This document shows, piece by piece, positions 24,129-36,792 of a stretch of DNA of 64,000 nucleotides. The stretch is from Dictyostelium discoideum. Its lineage: Eukaryota. The notes under the pieces were generated by a model. The model did no database searches, was not told the origin of the DNA, and saw only the letters and a program-made list of their open reading frames with translations. Numbering within the stretch: the stretch's first letter is position 1; the number at the start of each line of letters is the position of its first letter. The position numbers and the translations under genes were made by a program. The DNA is taken from positions 800,001 to 864,000 of the forward strand of contig CM000150.2 of the NCBI GenBank assembly GCA_000004695.1, given 5' to 3'.

Positions 24129-25288
24129 AAAAAAAAAACAAAAACAAGAAAAAAAAAAATAAAAAAATAAAAAAAAAAAAAATTAAGAAAAAAAATAATA
24201 AAGAAAAAAAAAAGTAATAAAAAAAAAATAAGAAAAATTATTTTAAAAATTTAAGTTTTAAAATAAATCAAACCATTTCCAATATGTTTTTATCCAAAAC
24301 AGTTTGTTCTTTATTTATTCAAATTTGTAAATGACCAAAAAAGAAAGATAAATAACAACAAACCAACACCAACAAGTAATAATTATAATTTTTTTTTTTT
24401 AAAAAATTTTATATGTTTTTTTTAATTTTTTTATTTATTTTATTTTAATTTAATTTAATAATTTTAAAAAAATGAATGTTTTATAGGATTTATTATTTAA
24501 AAAAAAATTATTAAAATAAAATTTTAAAAATAATTTTAAAATTATAAAAATAGAATTTTAATATTTAAAGAAAAAAAATTATTTTTTGATATTTTGTAAA
24601 AATATAAAAAATAAAAAAAATAGTAAATCAAATAAAAATAAAAAAAAAAAATAAAAAAAAAAAAATAAAAAAAAAAATTTAAAAAATAAAAAAATTAATT
24701 ATTTATATATTTAAAACATGACAATATTAAGTAAGTAGATAGAGATATCTTTTGAAAAAAATTAATAATAATAAAAATAATAATAATAAAAATAATAATA
24801 GAAACTAATTTTTTTTGAAAAAAAAAAAAATAGAATCAATTGAAAATATAATGGTAAATAGAAATTCAACAAACAAACTAATGAATAATTTTACAAATAA
24901 TTCAAATTATAATAATAATTCAAATGATTTTATTAATGGATATATTGATAATAATAAACCTTTACAAACAATACATGGAAATTCATTCGTAACAGCGATT
25001 ATGTCTCCAAATAAATGCCATTATCCACTTTTTAATAAATGTCCTGAAAAATTTTAATTATTTAAAAAAAAAAAAAAAAATATCTATACAAAAAAATCAT
25101 AATTATAATAACAATAATTATAAATAACAATAATAATATTTATGTAAAATTAAAATTAAAATTAAAATTGAAAAATAAATAATAAAAAAAAATAAAAAAT
25201 AAAAAAAAATAAAAAAAAAGATTTAAATCTCGATTAATTAAAAAAAAAAAAAAAAAAAAAAACTTTTTAGAATTATTTATTTTTAGAA

Positions 25289-25349
25289 TTATTTATTTTT
25301 TTCATTATTATTTTTATTATTATTATTTTTATTATTATTATCATTATTA

Positions 25350-25389
<40 letters not shown>

Positions 25390-27340
25390 CATTATTTAAT
25401 TGTTTTTTTGAAGTTTTAGATTTTAAAAAGAAATCTTTAATGAAATTAGAGAAAGAAAATACTTGAGATTTTAATAAGAAAGGTATAGCAGCTTTTAAAA
25501 GACCTAAACTTGGATCTAATTGTTTACCTAAACCCTCTAAAACTATTGTACCCATTACTAAAGTTGCAAAATTACTTTCAATTTTAACATGATATTCTCT
25601 TACCAGACCTAAAATCTCACTCATAAATTGACCAACATGAACTTCACTTAATTTTGAATTTTGAACTTGATTAAAAAGTGTACCCATTCTCTCTTTAAAT
25701 TGATACATTTCCTCTTCAGTACATTTCGCTTCTCTAGCGTAACGAATTAATAATTCTGCACCTTCTTTACCATTACCATTTACAATTTCAGTGAATAATT
25801 CAATGAAATGATCCTTATCTTGTTGACCTAATTGAGTTACTAAACCAACATCTAAAAATATTAATTTTGGTGAAGATTTTTGATGTTCTTTAAAATCAAT
25901 TGATTTCAATTGAATACCACCCAACATTGAATCAAATTTTTTATGACTTTTTTCAATTGTATCATATAATTTTCTTTTAAAAGGTAAATTATATTGTTGT
26001 TGTTGTTGTTGATCATTATCATTATTATATTTTTTAAAATAATTATTATCAATTGATTTAAAATTATCATCATCTGAAGTTCTAACCAAAACATTACCAG
26101 GATGAAGATCAGCATGTACGAAATTATCAACCAACATCATTTGCATATAAGCTGATAAACCAATTTTAGCTAAAGTTGGGTTATGGTGATCATTCTTTTT
26201 AATGAAATCCATAATTGGTGAACCAGGTTCAAATGATTCTACCAAGACTTCTTTTGAAACTAAAGGATATAATGGTTTTGGGAAGATTACTTCACTATTG
26301 TATTTAAAATTTGAATTGAATCTATTGAGATGAGAAGCCTCCAATTCTAGATCTGCCTGTTTCATCATTGATTTACCAAATTCGAGTATTGATTCCGGTA
26401 GACTTAACCATTTCATTTCGGGTATATGAGAGAATGCCCAAATCAAACTATAGATAATAAAAAAGTCTCTCTTTATATTGGATTTCACATTTGGATGTAA
26501 CACTTTCACAACTGCGACTTTACCATCCATTGTGAGGGCCTTATGAACTTGCGCGACTGACCCCGACGCCATTGGCTCCTCGTCAAACCATAGAAATAAA
26601 TCTTTTATTGATTTACCATTGAAACTATTCTCAATGGATTCATTAGTGAATTGGAATGAATGGGATGGACATTGACTATGAAGTTGTGAGAATTTCTCTA
26701 TCAATAAATCTGGGAATAAATCTGGTCTTGTACTTATCCATTGTCCAAATTTTATCCAACATGTACCACTGAATTGAATGGTTTCCAATAAAAGTTGCCA
26801 CCATAATTCTTTTACACCTGGTATGAAACAACATGGAAATGTTAAAACACTCGGTAACAATATTAAACCCAATTCTAAAACTCTAATACCAATCTTTACT
26901 AAATTAATTTCTTCATCTTCTTTATTACCAACAATCTCTTTAATCGCTTCAAATGGATTTAATAAATCTTGAATTTCAATTTTTGGTTTAATTATTTTAT
27001 TAATATTTCCTATTGAATTATCATTTTTATCATTTTTTAAATCATTATTATTACTATTATTATTATTATATAAATATATTGAACTTATAAATAATGAATT
27101 AAATTTTATATTATTATTACTACCATTATTATTACTACTACTATTACTATTATTATTATTATTATTATTATTATAATTATTTTTATTTTTATAATTATAA
27201 TTAAAATTTTTATAATTTTCGTTTCCGCTATTGTTTTCTTGATTTTTAATATTTTGATAAAATAATAATTTTGATGAAATTGAATCTGTATATTTATTAA
27301 AATTATTTAAAATGATTTCTCCACTCTTAAACCTATTTTT
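25289..27340 (-). CDS. ABC1/ADCK-family atypical protein kinase (aarF-domain kinase). The 5' end is uncertain.
   Basis: The stretch IKFGQWISTRPDLFPDLLIEKFSQLHSQCP..EEPMASGSVAQVHKALTMDGKVAVVKVLHPNV..DFFII.. carries ABC1 motifs, and ADLHPGNVLV is the catalytic loop. The listed ORF 25289..26872 continues in frame upstream through an Asn-rich region to ~27330 (..NINKIIKPKIEIQDLLNPFEAIKEIVGNKEDEEINLVKIGIRVLELGLILLP). I could not place the true ATG or any 5' intron. Confidence 0.65.
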
Positions 27341-27763
27341 AAAATGTGAAAAACATCTTTTTTTTTTTCAATATGTTTTATTATTTATTAATTAGTTAAT
27401 TTAATTTTATTTATTTTTTTTTTAAAAAACAATTAAAAAAAAAAACAATTACTTTAAAAATATTTGTTTATTTGACATTACTATTATAAATGGAGAACAC
27501 GAAAATATGAATGTTTTTTTTTAATTAAAAAAAAAAAAATTTAAAAATTAAAAAAAAAAAATTAAAAAAAATGAAAAAATTAAAAAAAAATGAAAATTAA
27601 AAAAAAAAAAACTATTTTCAAGCGATGTTCAACGAAATATCATATTTTTAGGATTTATTTTTTTTTTTTTTTTTTTTTTTATTCGTGTTTTAATCACAAA
27701 TAAATAAAGTTTAAGGATTTTATTTTTTATTTTTTATTTTTTTATTTTTTTTTTATTATTTAT

Positions 27764-30700
27764 TTATTTTGATGAAAAACTTGAATATTTTGTAGCAATT
27801 TTACCAAATATACTACGACTACCACTTTGTTCATTTTTAGTACTTGAAGAAGGTGTAATAACAGGAGAACCATTATTTGGAGTTGAACCAGTTGAATTTT
27901 GTTTAACACTAGTGGTACCACTATTTGGAGTATTATTTGAGATGAGTTGTTCTTTTGATAAAAACATTTCATAGAGATCACGAAGACCTTCTTTGTATTC
28001 TTCCTTTTTGAGTGTATCTTTTAAAAGTTTTGCACAATGTGGAGAAGTATTTAAAAGATAATAAAATTTAGCCAATTCAATGAAAGCCAAACCAAACTTA
28101 TTAACAGTTTCACTTCTATCAACAAGTTTTCCTTTGTTTTGTTGTGAAATGGTTGAATTATTATTATTATTATTATTATTATTATTGTTATTATTATTAC
28201 TATTGTTACTATTATTATTATTATTACTTTCTTTTGAACTAACACCAGACATTTCAGGTTTATATTTCTTGTAAATCATATGAACTTTAATGAATAAAGT
28301 TTTATCTTTGAATAGACTATTGAGTAATTTATTATCTTTTTCAATGATTTTTGCATCGTTTTTAGTACGTTTTGGATTCTTTGTTTCAATCTCTGCAATG
28401 TTAAACATTTTAGTGATATAATGTAAACTGTGGCAAATTACGGTTGGATGAGAGGATGTACCCATCATCTCTAAGAAACCTGATAATATATTATCCTTTA
28501 TCAATGATTCTATGGTACCGATATGATGTCTCATTATTTGATAGAGTAAACACCAAGCTTGACGATTGAATTCTGCAGAGACACCATCTTTACAGAATAC
28601 CAATAGACGAGTGTAGAAATCATCCTCTTTCTTTACGACATCGAATACCATTGAGAATTTCAATAAGGAACGAATCGTTGATAACATATTTGATTTAATT
28701 GGATATTGATATTGACCTGGAACTGGATCATTCATTTTACTACTCATATTACGAATATCGATTGGTGAGAGTGACAACATTGGATGACCCCATTTCTTTT
28801 GACTGGTTTTAACTGAATTTTGATTAACTTGAATTGTACCCAACTTAAAGTGAGTCTTTGCCAATTTCGATAAAAGTGCCGAGATTACATACATTTGATA
28901 ACTTGAAACTTTACTATTCTTTATGATATGAGCTAATAAATGATGGAATAATGCACCATCCAATACAAAACTAAATTTATTTTTAATACCAATTGTTATA
29001 TTTGGAGTGTTACCACCAAAGCTACTTGACATTGAGACTGGTGGTGAACCAACTGGTGATAATGGTGGTGTGTTATTCATTAGACTGCCCATACTACTAC
29101 CACTGCCGCCCATCATACTGCCACCACCGCCACTGCCACCACCCATCATACTGCCACCACTACCACCACCCATCGACGATGATAATGAAGATGGTGAGGA
29201 GGATGAAGAAGTGTTTGAAATTGGTAATGATGCAGTTGCAGCCTCAATCGTACGATCTAATGATGTTGTAAAGAATTCCAATAACATTTCCAAAAGTAAT
29301 GACGAAGGTTTCTTCTCGTCATTACCAATGAAATCACAAACTGATAAACATTGCTCTGGATCTTTATTATACTCTTTATAGACGAAATCAACCCAAGGAG
29401 CTTTGGCAAATACAGAGAATAATCTTCTTGCAGCAAATTGAACATGTTTTAATTTACTATCACAAATCTTCTTTACACGACCATAAAGATTGGAATTCTC
29501 TGCTTTCAAACAATTATGTACAGCCAAACCCTCTTGATTACTCATCAATTGCAATAGAATGAACAAACAAAATGAGGATACGGTTTTACTACGATGACTG
29601 ATACCAGTGAAAATCTTATCCAAAATGTTTGGTGTATTTGTTTGAAGTAGAGTTGCAATTGAATGAGTGATTGAAACTTTACTTTGATTGATAATTGATT
29701 TTGAATAATAAAGATGTACATGAATATCCAATACCTTGCCAATCACATTTAGATAGTAATAGCAAAATATCAATTTCCAAAGTACCTCAATTGAATCACC
29801 CAATATTGATTTAACCAAAAGATTGGTTTCATCAGACCATGGAATTAGTTCGGTTGGTACCTCTGTAATGAAATCGAAAGAGTAGGTGAGCAATGAAAGA
29901 TTCTTGACATCCCTATTGGCAATTAGTTTCTCTAAAATGTTTGAACCTTTATTACCACTAAAGAAATTCATAACCAAGAAACTAAGTTTAGCATGAAACA
30001 ATGGTGATTTACTTTGCTCCAACAATGCCAATAGATCTTGAATATTGTCGGGTGTGATTGATTTGGTGATTACGGTTGCATAAGATTTACCACCATCGAA
30101 ATCCTCACTAAATGACGAATCCAATAGGTCAGAGAACTTATCTAAATACATATCACCATAGAGTATATCAGAGATATTTTGAATGTTTAATTTATCTTTG
30201 GTGATTCTTTGTTGAGACATAATGATGAAATCGATCTCCTCCTTATGTTTTTGGTGTTCTTCAGGTGGCACCATTGGATGATACCAGCTGTAGAGTTGGT
30301 TATGTCTGCCACCATAATGGAACACCTTTAATTGTTGAATTAAATTCTGTTGATACACTGAATCGGGTATACATTTGGTTGGCTCGAAAACAAGGTCGTA
30401 ATGGGGCACCAAGAATTTCACAGGCATGCCACAAACACGAGTTGGGCAATCATAATTGTCATGAATTTGTTTCGATGTTAAATCTGTTCTTCTCAAAGCA
30501 TCATTCTTTGAGTTGAATATTGATTGTTGTTGAGTTGACGATAGCAATGCCGACGAATCGTGAGTGCCATGTATTTTGGCAATGAATGGTGCAACGTAGG
30601 TACGAGAGATTAAAGTTTGCTCTTGACCACCCGCTATCATCTGTCTCTCGCCGGTCTCTCTCCATGCCTTCTCCCTCTTGTCCAATAGCTGTTGTATAAC

Positions 30701-31370
30701 TTGTTGAATACGTTGTTTTGTATCTTGATCCACCGTTATCATTGGTTTGGTTGAAATGGCTGGTGAAACTCTACTATTGTTACGAGCGATCAAATCATTC
30801 AATTGTGATTGTAACTTTCTCTTTTGCTCCTTCTCCTCCAACTCAATCTCTAATTTCTTTTGTTGATCTTGTTGACGTGTTAAATTGGATGAAGGTAATT
30901 GTAAATCCATAAACACCATCTCATAAAGACCAGATTTAATAACCGACTGATTTGCCAATGAATTGGACCCATCTGCATCTCTTTGTGATTTCGAACGTTG
31001 TTCAACTATAATATCACCAATATTATTCATTTGTGATTCTGCAATCGATTGAATTGGTATTAAATCTTTCAATTGTGATGGATGTGGTGGGAATACTGGT
31101 AATTGTGAACAAATTGATGCCCATCTCATCAATGCATCATCATACTCTTCAAATGTATTATAATCGATTGGTTGTGGTTCTTGTGGTATCAATAAACTAT
31201 CCCATGGTTCACTTGAACTCTCTAATTGATCTTTTAATAAACTAAATTCATTATAATTATGTTCTGCTGTATCATCTTCAATTTCACTATTTAATGGATC
31301 ACTTTTTTCATCACCATCACCACTTTTTTTAAAATAATAAAAAAATATTAATAATTTTTATATTTAAATT

Positions 31371-31407
<37 letters not shown>

Positions 31408-32019
31408 AGAATCATACCCAATACTACCACTACCACCTTCAATTGAAAAACTTGAAACTGAAGGTCTATAATCACCAAATGTTGAAGTTCCTCTATACAT
31501 TTTTTGAAAATCTGATAATTTTGGACGATAATAAGCACGACCAGTGATTACTGGTAAACGAGTTCTGTCAAAAATTTGATCAACAGCATATTTCCAATCT
31601 AAAAATGCTTGTTCATAATCGAAAAAGTTTTCAAATTCATCAATTTGTGGAATTGAATTATAAAGATGAACTAATTGTTCTTGTAAAGTTTCTTCCTCTT
31701 CTTCATCCTCATCCTCCTCATCATCATCCTCTTCTTTTTCTTTACCATTTTCATTATTCTCTGTATCATTTGATTCTATATTATCTGCTGATGCTGAACT
31801 ACCTGTTTGATTATTATTACTATTGTTATTATTATTATTTAAACTACCTTTTTCTGGTAATTTATGTGTAAATACTGGTACATAATTTATATCATAAAAT
31901 ACACCATCACCACTAAAAAATACTGGTTCACCTGTTGTTTCTCTTGGTTTAACCTTTTGTAAATAATCTTCTGATTTTTGTGATGGTATATTATATAATT
32001 TTTGTTCTTTTTTTTTCAT
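27764..32019 (-). CDS. Large uncharacterised protein (~1390 aa), at least 2 exons: 31418..32019 and 27764..31322. A further 5' exon at 32327..32446 is possible.
   Basis: ORFs 31348..32019 and 27764..31192 join through a GTATGA donor at 31417 and an AG acceptor at 31323-31324. Phase 2 then gives ..EGGSGSIG/GDGDEKSDPLNSEIEDD..LLIPQEPQP... The intron is pure (TA)n. The body is long and non-repetitive with interspersed poly-S/G/N tracts. I could not assign a family. Confidence 0.5.
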
Positions 32020-32213
32020 AATAAAATTTTATTTATATAATTATTAGATTATTTTTTTATTTTTTTTTTTTTTTAGGGTTAGAGAGAGGAAATTTTTTTT
32101 TTTTGTTGATTTTTTTTTTTTTTTTTTTTTTTTTTCAATTTTTAATTGGATTGGTTTTGTTTTGTTTTGTTTTTTTTTGTTTTTTTTTTAAAGGGTTAGA
32201 GAGAAATTTTTTT

Positions 32214-32250
<37 letters not shown>

Positions 32251-33129
32251 TTTATTTTTTATTTTTTAATTTTTTTTTTCTAATAATAATTATTTTAATA
32301 ATTAATACATACGAGCTGTTTTTAATGTTTTTTGATCTGGATTATCGAATGCTTGAAAAATAGATACTGTAGATTTAGTTCTATTTGGGCCCCTTCTAAA
32401 TGTACCACTCTTTGAGACATTCTCTGGATTAATTGGAGTTGACATTATTTTATTTATTTTTTTTTTTACTATTACAATTATTTAATTTTTATTTTTATTT
32501 TTATTTTTTTAATTTTTTATTATACAGAGTGTTGTGAGTTAATAATTTAGATCTTGATTATAATTTTTATTTTTTGTTTGTTATCGTCGTGTTTTGGTTT
32601 TGATTATTATTTTTTTATTTTTTTTTTTATTTTTTTTATTTTTTTTTTTCGAAAATAGTGGTAATTAAAAATAAAATAAAATAAAATAAAATAAAATAAA
32701 ATAAAATAAAATAAAATAAATAATATTGATATCAATCTATTGGTATATAAAATATTTTAAATACGAATATAGATGAAGATAATATAAACACGGTTTTATG
32801 TACAAAAAATAAAAAAATAAAATAAAAAAAATTTTCAAAAAAAGAAAAAAAAAAAAAAAATTGAAAAAAATTGTAAAAAAATTATTTTAAAATAAAATAA
32901 AATAAAAAAAAAAAAAATTTTTTTGGATATTTTATTTTAAAAAATTTAGATATTTTATTTTTTATTTTAAAATTTTTTTTTGATGATTTTGATATTATCA
33001 GTAAAAAAAAAAAAAAAAAATAAAATAAAATAAAATAAAAATAAAAAATTATTAAAATAAGATTTTCATTTATTTTTTATTTATTTATTTGTTTTTTTTA
33101 TTTATTTGTTTTTTTTATTTTTATTTTTT

Positions 33130-35460
33130 TTATGTTAAATGTGTTTCAGAAATTGTAGAAGTCGTGGTTGTAGTAGTAGTAGAAGTTGTAATAGTTGAAT
33201 TTATAGCTGAATTTTGTTGTTGTGGTGGTTTACTTGTTGATTGTTTTTCAACATGTTCTAAACTCCATAATGATTTACCTAATTGTTCTTCTCTTGAAAA
33301 TGGTTGACCCATTTCTCTTAAAAAAGTTTTTGAAAGTGAAATTGCCATATCAGTTGAAAGATTTAAATGTTGAGGTTGACAAAATTGTAAGATCCATTGT
33401 GGTAATTTATTACGTTTATCTAAACGATTGTAACGTTTATCAGCAAAGATCATGATACCATAATCGGATTTACCACGAATGACTCTACCAACACATTGAG
33501 AAGCAGTTCTCATTGCATCAAAAGTTAGGAATTCATTCTCTCTAATTTGATAACGATCTCTAAGGAATTCCAAACGTGCACGTAATACCTTACTCTCGGT
33601 ATTGATGTAAGGTATGCCATAGAGAATGACGCATCTGCCATACTGATTATCGAAATCGATACCCTCAGACACCTTACCTCTTGCCACTGAAAGTAGTACG
33701 GCACCTCTACCACTGTCGCATGCTTTCTTGTAGTTTTGCAATGCCAATGCTGATTCGGCAGGATCTGAAGTTTCAACAAATATTAACTTATTGGTTAGAA
33801 TATTATTTAACAGACCCATTTCATTCCAAACCGATACGATTTGCTCCATATAGCTATAGGAAGTGAAAAAACAAATGATTCCATCGGGTACTATAGCACT
33901 GACTTCAACTAATAATGCCCCATAATTTCTAACGACAGCTGTATCACTCCTAACATCGAATTTGGTTGATATTGAAATTTGGTCACTACCTCTTGTTAAA
34001 ATACATGGACAAATACAATTTCTATTTAATGACATTGTTAAACGTTCAACAACGGTTGGACGGAAATTCAACATTTTCGTATAGATATCCAATGGTGACA
34101 AAGTACCACTTGTGATCACAACTGATCTATATTTATCGAAAATTGGTTTCATACCAATCGAAGCATCCAAACAACAAAATTGAAATATCTGATCATATGT
34201 ATTATTCTGACGTTGATAGTAAGGCTCAATGATGATTAAAAATCCGTTATTATAAGTACCAACCAATGTTGCAAAATCAGCGATTAATGATATACCAGAG
34301 AATTGATTCACATCATTGATTCTCAATGTTCTAAGCAATGAACTTAATCTTGATGAACAGAATCGTAAAGTTCTCGAAGAGATTTGGGTGGCATGGTAGA
34401 GTCCCTGTAGGAACGCCAATGGTGATTCACTTAGTAGCATTTGTGATTTTAATCTACTTTTTAAATAATCTACAACTCTTCTCAATAGTGATATGAAATG
34501 CTCGGCTTTTCTAATATTGCCTGGCACAGCCTCTTGAATTACATCGTTTGGTAAAACTGGGTCAGAAGTTGTTTCATCAGCTCTTGTTGAACCACTTCTT
34601 GCCAAACCATTAACTAATCTTTGATATTCATCTTTTAATCTCTTTTCATCAACTTTTTTAATATCTTCAATTTGTTTATTAATTTTCGCTATATTCTTTG
34701 AACTCGTATCCAACAGTTTATTATCAATATTGATTGATAGGGCATTGATACAAACATTGTCAATATTATGAGCTTCATCGAAAACCACAATCGAGTTACT
34801 CGGAAACGATGATGATATCAATGAGGCGATCTTTGGGTCTAAAAGATACTGATAACTAAATATAACAATATTTGCAAAATTCAACATATGTCTTGATAAA
34901 AAGTATGGACACATTTGATGTTTTAATCCATACTCTTTTAGATCTTCCAATGAATACACCCCTTCTAGTAGGATTTCCTTTCCGTTAGATTCAAAATTCT
35001 CGAAAAATTTACATTTTTCACTCGTGGGTGACTCCCTATTCCATGAGGATGTCAACTCTCTACAGAGGGCATCGACCACTTTACCATCCCTCTCTTCCGA
35101 TACCCTTGGTTGAATACAAAGGTTACGACGTGACGACATTGACATACATAACGTTTTAGGTGACTCTTCCCCCATTTCTGAATTCCTATATTGTAATACC
35201 CTTCTAGCCTCTTCTGTAGCTTGTTCAATCTCTGGCACTGTTCTTGAACAATAAATTAATTTAATTGATGGATTTTTAACTTGATATGATGAAATTAACG
35301 ATAGCAATGATACCGTCTTACCAGTACCACTTGGCATCTCTAATATACATGGTCCACCATTATCTAATGATCTCTTTAATGCTACCATATAACTATACTG
35401 TTCTGGATAAATATATGAATATGGAAAATATACTAAAAGATCTTCAATATAAAATTTCAT
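33130..35460 (-). CDS. repD: TFIIH helicase XPD/ERCC2 (DNA repair helicase repD)
   Basis: The N-terminus reads MKFYIEDLLVYFPYSYIYPEQYSYMVALKRSLDNGGPCILEMPSGTGKTVSLLSLI. It carries the Rad3/XPD motifs, including the Walker A box GTGKT, the DEAH box VVFDEAHNIDNV, the Fe-S cluster Cys region, and a C-terminal helicase domain. At 776 aa it is collinear with human XPD. Confidence 0.9.
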   Translation of the reverse strand: MKFYIEDLLVYFPYSYIYPEQYSYMVALKRSLDNGGPCILEMPSGTGKTVSLLSLISSYQVKNPSIKLIYCSRTVPEIEQATEEARRVLQYRNSEMGEESPKTLCMSMSSRRNLCIQPRVSEERDGKVVDALCRELTSSWNRESPTSEKCKFFENFESNGKEILLEGVYSLEDLKEYGLKHQMCPYFLSRHMLNFANIVIFSYQYLLDPKIASLISSSFPSNSIVVFDEAHNIDNVCINALSINIDNKLLDTSSKNIAKINKQIEDIKKVDEKRLKDEYQRLVNGLARSGSTRADETTSDPVLPNDVIQEAVPGNIRKAEHFISLLRRVVDYLKSRLKSQMLLSESPLAFLQGLYHATQISSRTLRFCSSRLSSLLRTLRINDVNQFSGISLIADFATLVGTYNNGFLIIIEPYYQRQNNTYDQIFQFCCLDASIGMKPIFDKYRSVVITSGTLSPLDIYTKMLNFRPTVVERLTMSLNRNCICPCILTRGSDQISISTKFDVRSDTAVVRNYGALLVEVSAIVPDGIICFFTSYSYMEQIVSVWNEMGLLNNILTNKLIFVETSDPAESALALQNYKKACDSGRGAVLLSVARGKVSEGIDFDNQYGRCVILYGIPYINTESKVLRARLEFLRDRYQIRENEFLTFDAMRTASQCVGRVIRGKSDYGIMIFADKRYNRLDKRNKLPQWILQFCQPQHLNLSTDMAISLSKTFLREMGQPFSREEQLGKSLWSLEHVEKQSTSKPPQQQNSAINSTITTSTTTTTTTSTISETHLT

Positions 35461-35754
35461 TTTTAATTTCTTATTTATTTTCAGAGTTCTATTAATTGTT
35501 GGGAAATTAGTTGAAAATGAAATATGAAAAAAAAAAATAAAAAAAAAAAAAGTTGAAAAAAAAATTTGTAAAAAAAAAATAATAAATTAAAAATTTAAAT
35601 ATTTCCAAGAAATTCATTTTTTAAAATTTTAAGAAATTTTTGCTTAAAATTTATTTTATAAAATTCTTAAAATTACTTATTTTGTAAAATTAAGATCGAG
35701 TTAAAATATAAATTTACTATTATTTCAGATAAAAAATTAAAAAATCATCAAAAT

Positions 35755-35825
35755 GGGAGATTAGTTAAGTGGTATAATGCTACCTTTGGGTGGTAGCGTC
35801 CTGAGTTCGATTCTCGGATCTCCCC
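35755..35825 (+). tRNA. tRNA-Pro (anticodon UGG)
   Basis: The acceptor stem GGGAGAT pairs with ATCTCCC. The anticodon stem CTACC/GGTAG encloses the loop TTTGGGT, giving anticodon TGG. The T arm is CTGAGTTCGATTCTCGG. A T-run terminator follows. Confidence 0.85.
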
Positions 35826-35860
35826 ACTTTTTTTTTTAAAAGAAAACCGCTAAGATCACA

Positions 35861-35870
35861 GGTTCGACTC
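35861..35870 (+). promoter_or_regulatory. External B box (GGTTCGACTC), 36 bp downstream of tRNA-Pro #1.
   Basis: The sequence cacaGGTTCGACTCtc. The TRE3 element begins about 20 bp beyond it. Confidence 0.6.
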
Positions 35871-35919
35871 TCTATTTGAAAGATTAATAAAAGAGACAAC
35901 ATAGCACAAAAAAAAAAAA

Positions 35920-36792
35920 ATGAATTTTTTCGATAAACTTAAAGGTGAACTCAACTTAGGCGAAGAAGAGTTAAATAAAAAAACTATTCAAATAAGGTTA
36001 TTCTACCCACATACCTTGGAATTAAATAGTAATTCATCAAAATTAATAGATAATTTCATAGTTAATGGTACTCTTAACATTGTCAGAAGACAAAAGGTTA
36101 TAACAGTATTTGGTAGAATACTAAAAGAAAAATTCACAATATTACACGAGTGTTACAGCACTTTCAAGTATGAAGATTTCCCACTGCAAAAATTCATACT
36201 TTACACCCCAGGATATCACTATGTCCACTTTTACACATTTACAAAAAACATAATAAAAAAAATAAACAATCAAATGGTAAAAGAAAACTGGGGATTGGAG
36301 CCATTACTAATAGATGAATACAACATAGTAATGCTACCAGATGTGATTAGATATTCATGCATTCTATTATTTAATAAAGAAGATGATATCTCAATCATCA
36401 AAACAAACATTGATGCTATAAAAGGTAGTAAGCATCCAATAAGAGCCTTCATCTCAGAATATAACAATAAAGAAATAAGAGATGTTAGAAAAAAAAAAAA
36501 CACAAGTAATAAAAATCAACAACCAACAACTACAAATACAACTAAATCAATACCATCAACTCCACCAACAACTAATGCATTAACAACCACACCAATAACA
36601 ACCACACCAATAACAACCACACAAACAACAACCACACCAACAACAACCACACATCAATTACCAACAAGCAATACAACAATCAACAACCTAAACAAAACTA
36701 CTACTACTACTACTACTACTACAAAACCTATCAATAAAATTACTACAAGCAATGGTACCAAGTTTCCAATTGCCAGTAGTATTAGAAAATAA
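35920..36792 (+). CDS. TRE3 #1 ORF1 (gag-like nucleic-acid-binding protein)
   Basis: 290 aa with a Thr/Pro-rich C-terminus. Its stop codon overlaps the ORF2 ATG (TAATGG). Confidence 0.7.
   Translation: MNFFDKLKGELNLGEEELNKKTIQIRLFYPHTLELNSNSSKLIDNFIVNGTLNIVRRQKVITVFGRILKEKFTILHECYSTFKYEDFPLQKFILYTPGYHYVHFYTFTKNIIKKINNQMVKENWGLEPLLIDEYNIVMLPDVIRYSCILLFNKEDDISIIKTNIDAIKGSKHPIRAFISEYNNKEIRDVRKKKNTSNKNQQPTTTNTTKSIPSTPPTTNALTTTPITTTPITTTQTTTTPTTTTHQLPTSNTTINNLNKTTTTTTTTTKPINKITTSNGTKFPIASSIRK

Noticed and set aside
24815-25057. 80-aa ORF, MKKKKIESIENIMVNRNST..
   Set aside because: It is isolated in a ~3-kb AT-rich gene-poor stretch, Asn-rich, and has no splice partner I could find. It is probably spurious, though a tiny first exon cannot be excluded.
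28051-28274. Small ORFs on both strands, poly-Ile/Leu
   Set aside because: They lie inside an (AAT/ATT)n tract that encodes a poly-Asn run of the large minus-strand gene.
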